DNA from: Fimicolochytrium jonesii
Lineage: Eukaryota
Assembly: GCF_025526975.1 (NCBI RefSeq)
Contig: NW_026515680.1
Span: 186,001-250,000, forward strand
DNA length: 64,000 nt
Direction of reading: 5' to 3'
How positions within the stretch are numbered: the stretch's first letter is position 1; each line of letters begins with the position of its first letter. This document shows, in pieces, positions 12,119 through 24,968 of the stretch. The translations under genes were made by a program, and so were the position numbers. The notes beneath the pieces were generated by a model that saw only the letters and a list, made by a program, of their open reading frames with translations, was not told the origin of the DNA and ran no database searches.

Positions 12119-13161
12119 TCACTCATAAGCCCTCATAGCCTCATTCCCCCTCACCAGCCCCGCAAACCGACTCGGCATGCCCTCCCTCCACCCGGGCACC
12201 TCGAACGTGGTCGAATGGCACCACGGTTTGAGCGCGAGCTCCGTCTCGATCGCGCGGGCGAAATGCTCGCCCCAGCCTTTGCGGGGGTACGCGGTTGTCA
12301 CGGCGCTGATGAAGCTGGGGTGCAGGAGGGAGGTAAGGGTGCCGACGTTGTCTGCGATGGGGGGGGGGGGGGGGGTAATCCACAGTTGAGCACGTGGGTG
12401 AGAGCAGGGGCGGGGGTGTGGGGCAAGACGTTACCGAGGATGGTGGCGAGCTGGAGGACCTGGCCGAGGGTGGTGATGTTCCCTCTAGAAACACATCAAG
12501 CATATTCGTCTGAGCAAGCAGTGTGCCAATCCAAACAAAGGGGAGCTCCCCCGCCTCGGAAACGCAAACTCACCCCTTGACAAACACATCCTGATGCCTC
12601 ACGATCGCCTCACACGCCGCGTCGGCCACATCGCCGTCCCCGCCCAACTGCAAGACCGCATCCCGCGCCACAATCGCCCCGCGGAACTCAAACGACAGCT
12701 TGGTGCTGCTCAGGAACCGAGCCGCAAGACCAAGGTCGTGGAGCAGGCTCGTGAGGTAGTACGTCTCGGCGTCGAGGCGCCACGTCGGGAAATGGGTGCG
12801 GACCAGCGCGAGCCCGAAGAAGAACACCCGGTGGCTGTGCGCAACGGTGGGCGGGTCTAGCTCTTTCTGTTTTGATAACCCGGGACGATAGTGATTTAGT
12901 TGAGATGGGGACACTTCAGTACTCGTAGTAGCGACCGACTCCCCCGCCCCCCCCCCCCCCCCGCCGATCAACGGGTACCTGAACAAACTCGTGCACAGCC
13001 TTGGCCAACGGCGTCTCCGGGATCGGGAAATCCGCGAGTTCGAACGGATCCTGTCTGGGATGCGGGCCTGAGGCGGTCGGATGGTCTTTGAACAGCACGT
13101 CGGGGTCGCGGGGGACGGCGGTGAAGCCGTAGCGCTCGATGGTGGGGTCTTGGTGAGACAT
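12119..13161 (-). CDS. Cyanamide hydratase (HD-domain, Ddi2/Ddi3/CAH family), 4 exons
   Basis: YGFTAVPRD, HSHRVFFFG, LLHDLG (HD motif), TKLSFEFRGA, EAIVRHQD, GNITTLGQVLQLATILDNVG, YPRKGW, KPWCHST. Confidence 0.88.
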
Positions 13162-14224
13162 GGCTGGAGGATTATTTTGTTTCCTGTCCTGTTTGGGTTT
13201 TTGAGTGATAGGGAGATGGGTTTCAGTGAAGGGATGTGGGATGGGTTTTCCAGAAAAGTTTCTTGACTGCGGAAACCGGTCCTTTGCTTTGATCCTTTGT
13301 ACCATTCTGTGGAGCGCCAATGTTTGTGGGCCACACTCGTGGAGTCATTGTGACGGGAATCTGACAGCCGCCGTATCTCTCCGATGGGGAGTTGCGTCAT
13401 CATAGCGCCAAAAGACCTTTTGTATGTACATACATACGAAATGTACATTTGGGGTTTTCGTACGCTGTGAGTCGAGAGGCGGGTCGCGCTCCTCACCGTG
13501 CTTTGAACTGTCAAAATACGGTCAAATGGCTGTGCACGCCCCATTTGGGTTTCCAGGGGCCGAAGACATGGGCTTCCCACGCTCTGCCATCGACCACAGG
13601 GAGTGCGCGTTCGTGGGCTCTATTTAATTTCTGACGACTGGCTTTCTGTTCGTTTCCGATGGGGCGGGAATCGGTTTAGACGCTTCACTTTACGACCGTC
13701 GGGTCTTGGCCTTTCTTCGATACCGGCCGGGATTGCGCACACCTTCCCGACTTCCCGACTTCCGCCGCCTGTGGGGACACCTGGTGGGTGGGTGACTGTT
13801 GCAAGCGTGTGGGTGGACGAGCCGTTCCTTCCCTCCCTACTAGTAACGCCAACTTCTGCCATTATTGCTCAACGCGGACGCGGAACCCACCCCTCCTCGC
13901 TCACACGAAACGGAACGCCCCACGCAAAACAACCTCCCCGCTCCACGACACCACCCTCAACAACCAACCCCACAGGCCTCACGAAATGGCCCGCCGCATA
14001 TATGATATGTCTACCCTCCAGCCAGCCGCTCCTTCTTGGCCACGAAAGCGACGCAGCTACAGACATACTGTACAGTGTACACCCACGAGTCGGTGCTTGG
14101 ACTCCATTACAAAGGTGTTCCGGTTATAAAAACGTCGGAGACCACTCCGCGCTGCTCCGTTTGAAACTCACAGTACGGACATACCCTGTAATAACATAAC
14201 TTGGAGGGCCAAGCATAGTAGAGA

Positions 14225-17200
14225 ATGACACAGTTCAAAGCTGAGCCGACGGCTTCTGAGACTAGATATGTCAAGACGGTTGGTATCGGAGAGGAGTATG
14301 CATGGACGTCATGAGGGGTGTTCAATTGCTGATATGTCGTTGTTGTATGTTGGCTTACAGAGTAGCAAGAATATATGGACCTATGTCACCGTATCATGGC
14401 TCACCCCATTAATGAGGTATAGATCACGGATATAAGATCCAAGGTAGATTTATGGAGACTGACGTTCTGAGCTTCACAGACTGGGATACAAGCGCCCACT
14501 GCAGGTCGAGGACCTGTATCGCCTGCCGCCAGACAACTCGGCGGAACATCTGTCCAAGACGCTGGACCCGTTCTGGAACGATCTGGCGGAATACAAGAAG
14601 GGCAAACGGGCCGAACCGCCGAATCTGACGAGGTTGATTATCCGGAAGTTTTTCTGGACATGGTGTGTGTCACATGAATCTATTGCCCCACTCTACCTCC
14701 CCCATTCACATGAATGCTCAACGAACTCTATGATGTCCCTGTCCCAGGTTCCTCTCCTTCACCTGCCAACTCCTCGCCATGACCTGCGAAGTCGTGTCCC
14801 CCCTGATCATCAAAGAAATCATCCTCTACACCTCGCCCGACGGCACCCCCGGGCGGGACTCGCTCACCATCAGCAACGGCCTCGCCCTCGCCTTCTGCGT
14901 GCTCTTCACCCAATCCTTCATCTCCATCTTTGGGCGGACCGCCGAACAGATCTGCCGGACCGTCATGCTCAGCGTGCGTACCATCTGCATCGACGCGGTG
15001 TACAATAAGAGTCTGAGATTGAGCGGCGAAGCGGCCACCGAGTTTACGTCCGGGAATATCATGTCCCTGATCAACGTCGACGCCGAATCCATCTCCCTTG
15101 CCGTGTTCCTCCTCAACATGACCCTCGCCGCCCCCGTGCAGGTGATCATCGAGATCGGGCTCCTGATCACCGTCCTCGGCGCCGTCCCCGTCCTCGCAGC
15201 ATTGGGAGTGATGCTCGTGCTCTTCATCGCGCAGGTCCCGGTTATGAAGACCGCGAAAAATTCGACGAGGGAGGGGTTGAAGGTTGGGGATGCGCGGATG
15301 GCGGCGATCAGGGAGGCGATCTATGGGATCAAGATCATCAAAGTGAGGGCGCTGGAGAAGGACGTGGCGGAGAAGATCAAGGGGTTGAGGGAGAAACAGA
15401 CGCAGCAGTGGAAACGGGGGTATGGCGCTTGGACTGCTATGATCACTTTAGGACAGGTAAAGCACTTGGTCTTTACAACTCATCCGCCTGATCGACTCTG
15501 AACCCCCATACTCCACCCCTCCCATACACAACAGCTCACTCCCGTCCTAATGCCCATCGCCGCCTTCGCCGTCTACACCCAAGTCCACGGCGACCTCCCC
15601 GCCGCCGTCGCCTTCCCCGCCCTCCTCTACATGACCTCCCTCATCGGGCCCATGTTCGACCTCCCCCAGGGTCTCTCCACCCTCATCTCCGCCCTCGTCA
15701 GCTGGAAACGCATAAAGACCATGCTGATGGCCGACGAGACCCAGCCTGTGCAGATCTCGCCTGCGCGGGAGGGCGTCGAGAATGCGGTTGTGATTCAGGG
15801 GGCGACGTTCAAGTGGGAGGAGGTGAGGGATGAGAGTCCAGCCAAGGGGAAGAAGGCGAAGAAGTCTGCGTCGAAGGAGGCGTTGAATGAGAAGAAGAAG
15901 GGGAAGAACGCGGATGAACTGATTGTTAAGACGGGTGATAGTGCGCATACCCTTGTTGATGGCACAACCGGGGAAGAGAAGAAGGAGATTGAGCCGCTGT
16001 TCAAGGATTTGAACCTGGCTTTTGAACGGGGGAAGCTGACGGCTGTGGTGGGTGCTGTGGGTGCGGGGAAGAGTTCGTTGTTGTCGGCTATTATTGGGGA
16101 GATGACGAAGCTGCAGGGCGAGGTAAGCCGGTCTCTTTTCAGAACTGCGACTATAATCGCTGGCCCCGGTCTCTAAACCGATGCTCTCCTCAGGTAACAA
16201 TCACCGGCCGAGTCTGTCTCTGCACGCAAGAAGCCTTCATCCAATCCGGAACCATCAAAGAAAACATCCTCTTCCAATCCCCGTTCGACAAGGAACGTCT
16301 CCAGCGGGCCTTGCGGGTCTGTTCCCTCGAATCCGACCTCAACCAGTTCTCCGCCGGGTGGGACACCGAGATTGGAGAAAAGGGCGTGAATTTGAGCGGT
16401 GGCCAGAAAGCTCGTGTGGCTCTAGCCCGCGCGGTCTACAACGACGACGAGATCTACCTCCTCGACGACCCCATCAGCGCGCTGGACGCCCACGTCGGCG
16501 CGGAAGTGTTCAAGAACTGCGTGCACGACGCACTCGCGGGCAAGACCCGGATCCTCGTCACCCACCACCTGCACCACCTCCAAGACGTGGACAAGATCGT
16601 GGTCCTCCAAAACGGCGTCGTGGCCGAACAAGGCACCTTCAGCGACCTCCTCGCCCGCGGGGGTGTGTTCACCGACATGATGAAATCGTACAAGCTCGAC
16701 AATGAGGAGGAGAAGAAGCAGCACGAGGAGGCGAAAGCAAAAGAACACGTCGATGACGAGGTCGAGAAGAAAAAGGACGGCGACGGCGGACTCATCATCG
16801 CCGAAGACCGCGTGCAGGGGGCCGTCAAATGGTCCACGTATCTCGCCTACATGCGCGGGGCCGGCGGGATCCCGTACGCGGTCGGCCTGCTGGGCTCGTA
16901 CGCCATCGTGCAGGCCGTGCAGCAGGTGTCGGCGTACTGGCTGGCGTGGTGGACGCGCGGCGACTATGGTTTGTCGCAGCGGGAGTATCTGATCGGGTAC
17001 TCGATGCTGGCGTTTGGGCAGGTGGTGGCGATCGCGGCGGCGACGGCGGCGGTGCTGATTGGGAATTACTTCATTTCGAGGAGTATCCATGCAAGGGCGT
17101 TCGAGCATTTGATCAGGGCGCCGATGGGGTACTTTGACACGCAGCCTGTTGGGAGGTTGCTGAACAGATTCTCGAAGGATGTGGAGGCGGTTGATCAGCG

Positions 17201-18629
17201 GTTGTGGGGGAACATCTTTGGAACCTGCGTGGCCGTGTTCAACATCCTCGGCAGTATCATCCTCCTTGCCATCGTCTCGCCGTACATGTTGCTCGGCTTC
17301 CTTCCGTTCGGCCTCACCTTCTTCTACGTGCTGCGGTTCTACCGCGCCTCCTTCCGTGAACTCAAACGCCTCGACAGCGTCATCCGCTCACCCTTATACG
17401 CCCAGCTCAGCGAGACACTGACAGGGATCCCGACCATCCGCGCGTACAAGGCTGAAAGCCGCTTCGTCGATCGCCAGCGCCGACTGCTCGATGCGTCCAA
17501 CTCGCCGTACTACCTCATGTACACCGCGTCGGTGTGGATCGGGATCCGGCTGGAGATCTTCACGGGTCTGTTGGTCTTCATGCTCGCCCTCCTGGCCGTC
17601 AACCACGTCATCTCCGCCGCGGCGGCCGGGCTCGCATTCAACTACGCGGTCCCGCTCACGCTGTTCCTGAACATGTTATTGCGCGCGTTCGCCTTCCTGG
17701 AATCCAACATGAACTCGGTGGAACGCCTCGAGGAGTACGCGAACGATACCCCGGAGGAAGCCCGCGCGCTCCTCCCCACCGACCCCGCCGCAGGCACGTG
17801 GCCCACGCGCGGCGCGATCGAGATCACAAACCTCGAGGTCCGCTACCCGTCGGTCCCCGACAAGCCCGTCATCCGCAACCTCACGCTGTCGATCTCCCCC
17901 GGCGAGAAGATCGGGATAGTCGGCCGCACAGGCTCGGGCAAATCCACCCTCCTCACTGCGCTCTTCCGCATCGTGGAGCCGACGCAGGGGTCCATCACCA
18001 TCGACGGCACGGACATTGCGACGCTGGGGCTCGAGACGCTCCGCTCGCGGCTCAGCATCATCCCGCAGGAACCGATCATGTTCTCCGGCACGCTGCGGTC
18101 CAACCTCGACCTCCGCGACGAGTTCACCGACGCGCAGATCTGGGCCGTGCTCGAGCGCATCAACCTCAACACCTTTGTCGCGTCGTTGCCGCTGAAGCTC
18201 GACAGCCCCGTCGCGGATAAGGGCGAGAATCTGTCCGTCGGCCAACGCCAGCTCCTGTGTCTCGGCCGCGTGATCTTGAACAGGCCCAATATCTTGGTCA
18301 TGGATGAGGCGACGGCGTCGGTGGACGCGCAGGCCGATGCGTTGATCCAGACGTCCATCCGCACGCATTTCGCAGCCACGACCGTGCTGTCGATCGCGCA
18401 CCGGTTGAACACGATCGCCGATTTCGATAAAGTGCTGGTGCTGGATGCGGGCGTGTTGGTGGAGTTTGATGCGCCGCATGTGCTGCTGAGTAGGGAGGGG
18501 AGTTTGTTTGGGAAGTTGGCCGATGCGACGGGCCCGGCGAATGCGAGGTTGTTGAGGGACGTGGCGAGGAGGAGGGCGGAGGGGGATGGGGATGGTGGTG
18601 ATGTGGTGGAGAGTGTTGAGGATATTTGA
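14225..18629 (+). CDS. ABCC/MRP (Yor1-like) full-length ABC transporter
   Basis: SWLTPLM|LGYKRPL..EDLY N-terminus. NBD1: GAVGAGKSS, LSGGQKARV, YLLDD. NBD2: GRTGSGKST, LSVGQRQL, LVMDEATAS. Two TMDs. The first small exon (14225-about 14295) is tentative. Confidence 0.93.
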
Positions 18630-18894
18630 CGGACTTTTTGTTATTATTATAGGGACTTTTTTTTGTACTTTGGACGTTTCGGTCTTTGTTCCTTTACTTT
18701 TCTTGCTATGCCCAGACACTCTTCTCTGTAGCTTTTAATACAAGTTCTGCTTCTTTCTGTATATAACTCAATACAAGCTTACGATACACAAAATCATTGA
18801 ATGCAACCGACGGATCTTTGTGCCCCCGTTGGTTATTGGTTTTGGATGCATCTATCTATCTTGAAATTCAAGGGGCTTCCGGGGTGCGACGGAT

Positions 18895-19709
18895 ATCTAG
18901 AGAACAGGCCCGTAATAGTCCGTTCTCCCGGTGACTATATATTTTCTACATCTCTGTATCCAAAAACGAAAAACCTTTTGGTCCCAACCCCATTGTAACC
19001 TCCAACAAAGTGAGCCGCCGCGTTCGTCGCTGCACGGACCACCTCCGCACTGGTTGGGAGTCTTGGGACATGGGTGTCCTTGCTCGTTTAGGAAGTGGGT
19101 TCATGTCCCCAACAACGACCGCAATATGCACGGAAGTTGTCGAAATATGTCGCCTTGCTCGTACCGCCGGTTCTGGCAATTGTCCCACACTCCGGGTCGC
19201 TGGTCAGGCGCCCGCTGATTGTCATGTCATGGGAGCACCTGCTCGCCTCGCTTCTTCTCTCGTCGAGTGCACGCTCCTTCCCGCTGACCGTGAGAAGAGG
19301 CGAGGCGAGCAGGTGCTCCCATGATCTAGAGAACAGGCCCGTGATAGTCCGTGCTCCCAGTGACTATATATTTTCTACATCTCTGTATCCAAAAACGAAA
19401 AATGTTTTGGTCCCAACCCCGTTGTAACCTCCAATAAAGTGAGCCGCCGAGTTCGTCGCTGCACGGACCATCTCCGCACTGGTTGGGACACGGGTGTCCT
19501 TGCTCGTTTAGGAAGTGGGTTCATGTCCCCAACAACGACCGCAATATGCACGGAAGTTGTCGAAATATGTCGCCTTGCTAGTACCGCCGGTTCTGGCGAT
19601 TGTCCCGCACTCCGGGTCGCTGGTCAGGCGCCGGCTGATTGTCATGTCATGGGAGCACCTGCTCGCCTCGCTTCTTCTCACGGCCAGCGGGAAGGAGCGT
19701 GCACTCGAC
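18895..19709. repeat. About 360-bp direct duplication with an inverted 63-bp segment at the junction
   Basis: 18895-19259 matches 19324-19679 (offset 429 then 420, one 9-bp indel). 19262-19324 is the reverse complement of 19647-19709 with two mismatches. Confidence 0.95.
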
Positions 19710-19779
19710 ATCCTCCTCCATCACCGCTCTAGCTAGCTACTAGTAGCACCTACTCCCGCCCCCAAAGTAATCCCCCATC

Positions 19780-20862
19780 ATGGCTGGCACCGCGACTGTC
19801 TTGACCCAGTCGACCTCCTGGTGGTCCACCTTCATCACGAGCATCATCGTCAGGCTCTTTGCCCGTGGTCGGAAAGGCATGCTGTCAACGGGTGCCTTTC
19901 CTCACGATGCAACCCAGGCCATCCCCAAAAGTCTTTCCGACAAGTTCGGCGTAGAGGTCACACGCTACGACTTTGGCTCGCACCCGCCCAGCATCGCCAC
20001 CCACCTCACGGAGTGGACACCCCTCCATCTCAGACGCTCTCGCATCCCGACCTCGGAGACCAAACGCACCGTCTTCTATCTCCACGGAGGTGCCTACCAG
20101 AATGCTCTCACTCCCGTCCACTGGAACTTTGTCGCGCGCCTCGCCAACGACCTCAACGCCGATATCGTCGTGCAGACGTACACCATGATCCCCTACGGCG
20201 GCGTCCACGACGTGATCCCCAACCTCGTCGAGGTGTTCCGCGCCGTCCACGCCCAAGCAAAGACCCACGGCCACGAGGTCATCGTCGCAGGCGACAGCGC
20301 CGGCGGCGGTCTCTCCGTCGCCCTCACATTAGCCCTGCACCAAGCCACCGCCCCGCTCCCGGACCAACTCGTGCTCATCGCCCCCTGGCTGGACCTGACC
20401 GCATCGCACCCGGACATCGAAAGGTACGCGAAACTCGACCCCTGGCTCAAACTCGAGACCGCCCACCGCCTCGGGCCCTACTGGGCCACGGGCCCGCTCC
20501 CGATGGACCAGTTCCTGCTGGAATCAAACTCGCCGCCCAAGGCGCGCACGGACGCACATCTGGAAGCCATGCAACACCCGCTGGCGTCCCCGCTCTTTGC
20601 GCCCGATTTCGCGTTCCTTGCGAAAGCGGGCACTCGGGTCACGCTGATCACGGGCACCCACGACATGCTCTACCTGGATTCAGAAACCTTTGTCGATAGA
20701 TTGAAGAAGGCGGGAGTCGAGTTTACGTTCATCAGGGGACCGCGCTGTGTGCATGTTTACCCGATCCTGGTCGGGGCCCCGCTGCCGAGCCTGTTGTTCA
20801 GAGAGTCCGAGGGGGGGTTAAGGTTGCTGCTCGATTCAGTGAGGCGGTACACCCGTACTTGA
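19780..20862 (+). CDS. Alpha/beta hydrolase, hormone-sensitive-lipase (abhydrolase_3) family esterase, intronless
   Basis: YLHGGAY oxyanion motif, GDSAGG nucleophile elbow, LIAPWLDL, GTHD acid and CVHVYP catalytic His. Confidence 0.9.
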   Translation: MAGTATVLTQSTSWWSTFITSIIVRLFARGRKGMLSTGAFPHDATQAIPKSLSDKFGVEVTRYDFGSHPPSIATHLTEWTPLHLRRSRIPTSETKRTVFYLHGGAYQNALTPVHWNFVARLANDLNADIVVQTYTMIPYGGVHDVIPNLVEVFRAVHAQAKTHGHEVIVAGDSAGGGLSVALTLALHQATAPLPDQLVLIAPWLDLTASHPDIERYAKLDPWLKLETAHRLGPYWATGPLPMDQFLLESNSPPKARTDAHLEAMQHPLASPLFAPDFAFLAKAGTRVTLITGTHDMLYLDSETFVDRLKKAGVEFTFIRGPRCVHVYPILVGAPLPSLLFRESEGGLRLLLDSVRRYTRT

Positions 20863-21356
20863 GTGAAATGCAGCGACCGTAGTATCTGAACTATCAGGCG
20901 CTTCCCAGCACAAACTCGGCGTGAACGTACTGTACAGGAATCAGGATTTCGTGTCGCGGACTTTTTTTTTTGTAAATAGCTTGAATTAGGATAGGACGCG
21001 TAGGCAAGGGAAGAGCGTATGTAGAGATGTCATCGGGTTTGGCAGCGCACTCCCATAGCATATAGTAGGTTGACCATATTTTTCCAATATATGAAGAATT
21101 CTGAACCGAACCAAGGTACGGTCCAACACGAAGAAAATTACACAAAGCAAACCAAGAGAAACAAAGCAAGAGAGGGCTATGATGTACACATTGTTCTGAG
21201 GGGGTGGTGGGGTTCGGGCGGACGGGGAGGGTCAAAACGGGTGTCCACCGGCCGGCGTAAGCATTAACCCTCGCCTCATCTGCCTTCTCAGCGATTCCGC
21301 TTCTCCGCTCTCCCGGCTCCACCCACCATTCCCCGCACTCCTCTCTTTTTCCCCCG

Positions 21357-22847
21357 CTACTTATCAGTCCCAGCAACGCCGACAGGCAAAGCCCCCGTCC
21401 TCAACCTCAAAAGCACCAAAAGCCACGTAGCGGTGCTGAAAAACTCCTCCTTGAACGCAAACGTGAACGCGGACGCCAGCACACTCTGCAGCAATTTGGA
21501 CTCGATGCCCTTGTACAGCCCTTTGGCGCCCTCGGTGCGGATGATCTTCTGGAACCCGTCGAGGACGGACTTGTAGCGGAGGTTGTCGTCGGTGGATTGT
21601 TTGAGTTGCATGCGCGATTTTACGACGCTGGGTTTTTGGGAGGTGAGACATAGTTTAGTTTACTTGCCTTGGCGGTGAGACCGCGTGGAAAGTTCAGACT
21701 TACATGTAAGGGTATGTGATGGACGTTGCGGCCAGCTTGCTGATGGCGCCCAGGATGAAGAAATCGAGGCCGCTGAGGGCTGGCTTGCGCTTCTGGAGGT
21801 AGCCCTTCAGACGCTCAAAGACCGTGAACTGGATCACTGGGTTAATGACCAGGATCAGGGCGGGGAGGATGCCTTGGAAGAATCTATTCAGGGCGGAGTA
21901 AGGAAACTTGTTAGTCTGTGGTTCTCCCACGGCAATCAAGGCCACCAATTTCGAAATGAAACCCTACCCCTTAGGCCCCTCCTCCCTCAAAATCTTCTTA
22001 GCAGTCTGGATAGTCCCCAACTTCTTCACCACCGTCTTCCCACTCTCATCATCGCTCTTCTTGACGACCTGGCGGGTATTCACGACCCAGATCGGGTTGG
22101 TGAGCGTTGCCGTGGCGGCTCCCGCGAGGGCGCCCGTGAGCATGTTCTCGCCGATGGTGAGAGACCTGTTGTCGGCGGCTTTCTCGAGGGCGGCTTTGAC
22201 GAACTCGTACCAGTAGTAGTACACGTATTGGGTGATGGCGATGCCGAACATGGCGGAGTTGATGCCGCTGTTGAAAATACGGGACGGGCGCTCATTTAAA
22301 ATGAAGATGCTTGTGGGCAATGGAAACGCTATCAATACTCACGAGTAAAGACCCTTAGGCCCCTCCTCCTTCAAGACCTTTTTCAGCACATCGGCTTGGC
22401 TGGGCCGGTTTCCGCCCTTGCTGACCTGCGACCGGGTCGACAGCGTGGTCAAAGGGTACGTCAAGGCCATACTGAGTTCACGACGTACGCAACGGGATTG
22501 AAAAGGGGGCGGAATAATTAGCAAAAAGTCCTCTCAGAGCATAGCGGAAAAGGAAAGAGGGACCGGTTCTTACCTGACCATACCACCACCGGCACCTAAA
22601 AAGAGAGATCACGCAAATCCCAAAACGAGAATCACCGTCAGCACCAATCACTCTCACCCGCTCCCAAACATCCCGAAACGGGAGAACAATATTCATGCCC
22701 CAGCTCCCACGCCCACCGTCTCAATTCTCCATCCCCGCCCTCGTCACATCCCCCCCGAGATCAAAACCACCCATCTCGGGGCGCGTAAATACAGTAGCAG
22801 GAACCACACAACATACCAGCGAGGGCGTGAGCAACGTTATCGGACAT
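21357..22847 (-). CDS. Peroxisomal carrier of the mitochondrial carrier family (PMP47/PMP34, SLC25A17-like), with micro-exons
   Basis: MSDNVAHALA|GAGGGMV|SMALTYPLTTLSTRSQV, TNPIWVVNTR, LVINPVIQFTVFE, TYPYI.VKSRMQ, GLYKGIESKLLQSVL: three carrier repeats. Confidence 0.88.
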
Positions 22848-23497
22848 GACTGCGCTGTTTGAGTAGGAGCGAGGGTGTTTAGGAGAGTGACTTCCAATGC
22901 AGTGCAGAGTGTGTGGGACTGAGCGACTCGGGGACTGAGCAGCGAGGGATATAAAGAGGTTCTGGGAAAACCCCCTAGGGAAGCAACGGGTCGAGCCGGC
23001 CGGTCAATCGGTCACAGATGATTTTACGGGCGACGCGCGTGCAAGACTGACATCCCAATGATCCCAAGACGGGCCCCTCATGTGACGCTTTCTTCATGTG
23101 CTGCCTGCCGATCAGGACATGGAAGGCTCGGGCGTGAGTAACGCTAGAGATGCTGGCCAAAACCGACTGGCATCAACCGCATCAACTCCGCCATCCCGTC
23201 GCCGACAGTCCAAAAGGAGGTCGATCTATCTGCATGTACAGTACTTGCGAAACCGTTTCTTCTGATGGGACAAAAATATGGGCGCCACCAGATGCAACTA
23301 TGCGACGAAGGAGCAGAACCATGGCGGTATCCACTTTGCTCAACTAAGATGTCTCATTCACAGTCTCTTTGCCAAATGTGCAATAACAATAACATCCTTC
23401 TACACATCCCTTACACTCCCACTGATTATCCAACGGTATAGTACATCCCAAAAAAAAAACCCCCATCCACACACACGCACGTCCCCTCTGCCCACCT

Positions 23498-24319
23498 CTA
23501 CCGCACCTGCACCAACGGCACCTTCCTCCCGCAAACGTCCCTCACAACCTCACTCACAACCTCCACCGGCGCGGCACAAAACATCGTACTCGGATAACTC
23601 CTCGTCCCCCACTTCGGATGCACAAGCACTCTACAACACCCCGCCTGCACCGTCGCATACCTCAACAAGCTCGCGGCACCATCCACATCCGGGTACAACG
23701 ACGTCCCGCGGGAGCTGAAGGAGGGGTAGCCGGACGCAGGGTCGGTGAGGTCGGCCCAGTATCCCCGCGCGGAGAGGATGGCGACGATGCGGGTGGCGAG
23801 GGAGTGGACGTAGTCGAGGAGGAGGTCGCGTTCCCAGTTGGTTTCGGGGGTTACTGCTACTAGTTCATGTGCGGATTGTTGGAAGAGGGGGATCACTAGT
23901 AGATCGGGGCGGAGTTGCGCTGCGGTTGGGAATGGGGTGCCTCCCCCAGCACTCTTGTCGAGGGCGTCGGGGAGGACGAGCGCCAACTCCCTCCTCAGAT
24001 GACGGCCCGGTTTATGGATAGAGTACTGGAGTTGGGAGGTGTGATTCGGGAACAGCGCCGCCCTACGTGCCTCTGCCGTCGGACACCTCCGTATCGTCTC
24101 CCCTTCACCTCCCTCAGTAGACGGCACAAAGGAGACGGTCACGGTACATGGCGCGCACAGCACGGCGGACTGGGAGGGTTTCCTGCTTCTTCGTTCGGAG
24201 GTGACTGAGGGTGGGAAGCGGGTGGAGGCGGGGACGAGGTCTGTTGAGGGTTTGTTGTTGTCGGTTGATATCGTGGTGGTGGTGGGCCGCCATGCGCAGC
24301 TGGGAGCCATAGCAGACAT
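23498..24319 (-). CDS. MMADHC: Cobalamin trafficking protein CblD (MMADHC-like), intronless
   Basis: LQYSIH...RRELALVLP, ERDLLL, GYWADLTDPASGYP, GCCRVLVHPKWGTRSYPSTMF are characteristic of the CblD C-terminal domain. Confidence 0.88.
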   Translation of the reverse strand: MSAMAPSCAWRPTTTTISTDNNKPSTDLVPASTRFPPSVTSERRSRKPSQSAVLCAPCTVTVSFVPSTEGGEGETIRRCPTAEARRAALFPNHTSQLQYSIHKPGRHLRRELALVLPDALDKSAGGGTPFPTAAQLRPDLLVIPLFQQSAHELVAVTPETNWERDLLLDYVHSLATRIVAILSARGYWADLTDPASGYPSFSSRGTSLYPDVDGAASLLRYATVQAGCCRVLVHPKWGTRSYPSTMFCAAPVEVVSEVVRDVCGRKVPLVQVR

Positions 24320-24968
24320 TCTTCGTTTCGCGAACGACGCAAACGGCTAAAAGGGTCTTTGAGAGTGGGTTGACGCTGCAGGTATTGCTGTTTCGGTGAG
24401 GGTTTCCAGCTGCTTCTTCTGTGAATTGGCAGCACTATTACGTCCAGCTAGGCGGTTGAGCGGTTCTAAGGGGTCGACAGAATTATCTGTAGGTATTAGG
24501 AGGGTGTTCCCTTTCCCCAAACTGGCTGGACCGAAACGTGACGAAGCGTTGAGCCGGTAGGAGTCGCAGAGAGGCCGGCTTGCTGTGACTGTATTCGACG
24601 AGCGTTGAAGAAGCGCCAGTCGTCGTTGCGGGTCGCTTTATGCACCGTGTTTCACTAGGGTCCTTGCATGTTGCGCGTTGGGGAAAAGCGGTCGATATTA
24701 CGCACATGCAGTCCATATTGTGTTATGTGGTGACGCGCGAGAGATAAGGATCGCCCCAACTTCTGGACAGAACTGCGCATTCCCCGTCAGTCCTGAGTCA
24801 ACCCCCCCACACGCGTTTGTCGGGACTTTGTCCACCCAGCGGCGGCACTCCCATCGGACAACACAACCCGTCTCGCATTCAATCGTTTTATACATCATGT
24901 ACATAAAACATACACGGCTACATACATCCGGCATTTTCATCTTCGAGCGTACCGTGGGGCTTTCACTC

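Noticed and set aside
18895..19709. Direct repeat as an LTR pair or CRISPR-like array
   Set aside because: No TG...CA ends, internal domain, PBS or spacers. Better explained by template switching.
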